From Macrostomum lignano (Eukaryota), in assembly GCA_002269645.1 (NCBI GenBank), contig NIVC01000649.1:23703-87702 (forward strand): a DNA stretch of 64,000 nucleotides. Reading direction: 5' to 3'. The notes beneath the pieces were generated by a model. It saw only the letters and a program-made list of their open reading frames with translations, searched no databases and was not told where the DNA came from. Each line of letters begins with the position of its first letter. Position 1 is the stretch's first letter. Made by a program: the position numbers and the translations under genes. Shown piece by piece: positions 60,596-64,000 of this stretch.

Positions 60596-63500
60596 CTAAA
60601 CCAGCACCTCCCGGTAGACGGACGAAGCCAGGCCGGCCTCGCTAATGGCCGAAAGCCTGACGAACAGCCTCTGCTTGCTCGGGTCGATGGCCTTCAGCAG
60701 CAGACTCGGCTCGCGGTCTCCAGCCAGCGCTGAAGGTCGCCAGCTGCCGGCTTGGTCTCGACCGTCACTTCGAACAGCAGCGAGCTGTCGGAGCGGAACA
60801 TCCCGGACCAGTCCAGCAGCAGCTGGCGCTTAGCGGGGTCGAAGCTGACTTGCCACTGCCTGCCTGTGGTGCGGTTTTGCATATTTAGGTTTGCATTTGA
60901 GTTCACGGTTGAACTCGGAATTGAAAACAAGTCACAATGTCCACTCTTACCAGTCAGCGCTGGAAACTGCGAGTCCACCGAGAACTCGCGCTCAACAATG
61001 CTGCTCAGCTTCCCCAGAGCGTTCACGGCTCGCACCTCAGCTCGGTAGCGCTGCCCGCTCGCTAGCGACAGACCGTGCAAAGCTGCCGCCTGAACGAAGG
61101 CGCCCTTCACCCGAGTCCAGTCCGGCACTGCAGCGTTTCGAGTCACTTCTCTCAGTCGAATATCGTAGTCTCGAATCGGAATTCGATCGGTGAAGCCGCT
61201 CCAGCTCAGCTGCAGGTCTGTGGCGTTACCGAGCACAGAATTCGTTTGACCGAATGGCGTCACAGAGGTGCTGAGCAGTCGCAGCTTCGCGTGTGCCGCA
61301 TCGGGAGCTCCGTTGTAGATGAGCACGCCTGCTGATACGCTGAAATTGTATTCGAGTTTTGAGCATATCATCCTGCTGCGATGCACCTCTGAACCGACTG
61401 TGACTCACCCTGTAGACACCAGTCCGACTCCGTTCGAGCACCTCACCAAGCTGAACACTCGCTGGCCGAGAAGCTTCTCGGGCTCGTTGATGAGCCGTGT
61501 TGCTGACAGCTGGCCCTGTGCCAGCTTCACATACTCCGCTACGTCGCAGGTTACTGCAGAAGTTCCCGAGCACCAGAAGCACTCGCTCAGTCCCGACTCC
61601 GGATCCTCGACTCCGAATCGAACGGACAGCTCGCGCGCATTTTCCTGCAGATCGGTGTGGCCAGCGCTTGAGCTTCCGTCATGCACAAAGTCAAAGGCCG
61701 GCGGAGTCAAGTCGATCAGGTCGGGTTGCGAGTGGAAGAGTCGCGGAATTCCGGCACCGTTGATAGCCAGCACCGACACGTAGACATTGATTCCGTGAGT
61801 GAGCCTCACATCCGCCTTTGCCTCGTTGGCCGGTCCGAGCTGAGTAAACGGCAGAAGCTGCGTCCCACCACGAACTGTTCCGATGGCCCATAGAACTTCG
61901 CTGATGCCACTCTCGGATCAGAGACGTCCCAACTGGCGTGCACAGTGCCGCTGTCTCTGACGCTCACCGAGTCCACATGAACGGGTGCAGCAGTTGAGTT
62001 GTAGTCAGCAATTCCCACGTTGAGCACGGATACTGAGACCATGTCGATGGCTGACGATTGATATTGAACTTTTTGTGAAGAGGCAAAACTAAAGCATAAG
62101 CAAAACAAATGAAACAAATGACTAACGAGAGGAAACTCACCCAGACCGGTGTGAGGTGACAGGGACTCAATGGAAACGGTTGATTCCGCTGACTCGGCAG
62201 TAAAGTAGAATATCTGCTTGTACCACTCTACACCGGAGCTCACTCGCCTAGATCGGTGAACAACCGGAACGTCTGCAGCATTCCCGGACCCGAGACGAGA
62301 CCGCCGACCGTAACTGATAGCGGGTCAGAGACGGGAAGATGAGACGCAAACAGTTGCATCCGATATCGACGTCCAGCTTCGGTTGTCAAAGTCTGCGATA
62401 CCCGACCGAACAGCAGCAGCACAGATTCTCCGTCCACGGCCATGGAATGTCCAATGCGGACTGCGATCGCTCGACCATCTTGCAAAGTCCAGCGTGGCGA
62501 AACAGACTCGAGTCCAGCTAGAACTATGTGGCTGAGTGGCGCTGAGCTCGGAGGTCGGAGCGCTCCTTCTTCGAAGCTCGGGTTACCGACATTAATCGGC
62601 CGGTGTCCAATGCGGTTTGCCGCAATAGCCGGTGTCGTGTCGATAGTCACTCCGGGAGAAGTGATCGCCTCTGAGCTGCGATCTGCGGCGTCGACCGCCT
62701 TTGCACGGCAGAAATAGGTGCTTCCATGATGCCAAGGTCCTTTCCAAGTAGCTCTCTGCTCGAACTTAACATTCTTCCAGTCGGCGACGTCGCATTTGCT
62801 GGCATCATTGCTGGAAGTAATGCATGCAGAGTACGACTTGATGTAGGATTCTCGATCAAAGAAGCTGTGCCAACTGCATGACAGAGTCGTTTGGTCACTT
62901 GAGTACTTCGAGTTGCTGTGACCTGTGAGAAATTGTTTATCTTGATTAAACTTGTTAAGATTGATACTATAAATAGGTTAGATAAATAATTTGGGTTGAC
63001 ATAGGCAACTTACCAATACTGTTGAACACCAATCCTGTAGACGGATTATCCAAGTCCAGTACGAACCCATCAGATGATACCGAAACAGAGAGTCCGTTCT
63101 CATCGAGAGCGGTCACGGTAGAAAAGTACCGTTGACCTGGCCCAAATTGCAGCCCATTGAATGTATAGGTGATGTTTCCAGGAGGTATGACGACGTTTGA
63201 AACATCGTCCATTCCGATCTCACTGCCAATAGACACGCGGAATGACAGCGGCGGTGCTTCGTTTAGACTTGTGAACTTATTTCGCCACCCTACAGTCAGA
63301 CTGTCATTACTGGTTATGAAATCGGTATCCCGTCGACTATCTGGTGACAACAGGTCCTTGACGCCGACACCGTAGTGTCGATTCACTCGCGGAAAGGTCG
63401 GGTTGACCAGTACACCGTCCGAGCTGAACACGACGTACGTGTTGTGATCAAACCAAGCCCGAACAAACACCTTGTATGATCTAAATACATTGAGGCGACG

Positions 63501-63941
63501 CCCAGCTGTGATATTCAATGCCAAGAACGTCCTTAGACCGACGTCATGCCATACACGCTCGTGAACAGCGTCGTAGATACCCTTCGGCTCACTGTACTCA
63601 GCCAGACCTGCACTCACTTCATAACGAACAGGTGGTCGTCCCATTGCTCGACGGACTCGCCAAGTCGCTGCCAACAGAGACCTAGTCGGAGTTGTTTCTG
63701 CATCAGTTTGAGATTCTCCTCGAGGACCGAAGGCGGACACATCTAGAACCTCTACTTCGTTGTCGACGTTATCCACTACATCGACGGCTCGACACTCAGT
63801 TCCTCGGCAGGTCTGATGCTGCGGAGCGCACGAGCAGTGCCCGTAGCAAGTAGCTGCGCCAGCACACCGACGAAGAAGCCACAAGTGACCAGTTTCCAGC
63901 ACGGACAATGCCGCTTGAACTGGTTGACTGTGGAGACCGGC
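60596..63941 (-). CDS. 3' part of a large, probably extracellular protein with FN3-like beta-sandwich repeats and a jelly-roll (DUF642-like) segment; three apparent -1 frameshifts
   Basis: Exons 63941-63014, 62922-62141, 62050-61409, 61339-60951, 60863-60596. Recurrent SDG..(L/I)D.TPP, D.ESG, W..G, Y...V.A.N..G repeat motifs; NPSFE...W...F.F.A segment. One-base deficits at ~62244, ~61915 and ~60715; correcting them restores VEWYKQIFYFTA, DPESGISEVLWAIG and ..VRLSAISEAGL. The gene continues beyond the window. Confidence 0.75.
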
Positions 63942-64000
63942 CTGAATCAGTAAATTACACACTTTCAAGTTTAAATAGTAGCTTCACAGTAAATATCCAA

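Overview
Eukaryotic, intron-rich animal DNA. GC-rich exons, polyQ tracts and introns packed with unrelated minisatellites suggest a flatworm such as Macrostomum lignano (inference only). Seven genes can be reconstructed by hand from splice sites: (1) PDS5 cohesin cofactor, 3' part, + strand, ~288-9614; (2) a divergent pyruvate kinase lacking the metal-binding Glu, - strand, 16028-23325; (3) a corazonin/GnRH-type GPCR, +, 25508-34542; (4) a DEG/ENaC channel, -, 37349-47859; (5) a 94-aa secreted six-cysteine peptide missed by the ORF track, +, 49487-49996; (6) Su(H)/RBPJ, +, 56309-58609; (7) the 3' part of a large FN3-like repeat protein, -, 60596 to beyond 63941. Roughly 20 kb is tandem repeat, and there are two tRNA-derived SINEs and a Ty3/gypsy pol remnant. 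Most striking is the DEG/ENaC gene: five phase-1 symmetric exons in its finger-region intron encode kringle[WSC inserted inside]-kringle, giving a ~1000-aa channel with an unusual ectodomain. The same gene shows paired loss of two thumb disulfides and a 790-bp insertion with a 9-bp direct repeat that is one base from being a perfect new GT-AG intron. Five single-base deficits in three genes look like long-read assembly errors, so pseudogene calls here are unsafe. All alignments were by eye against remembered family consensus; no searches were run.
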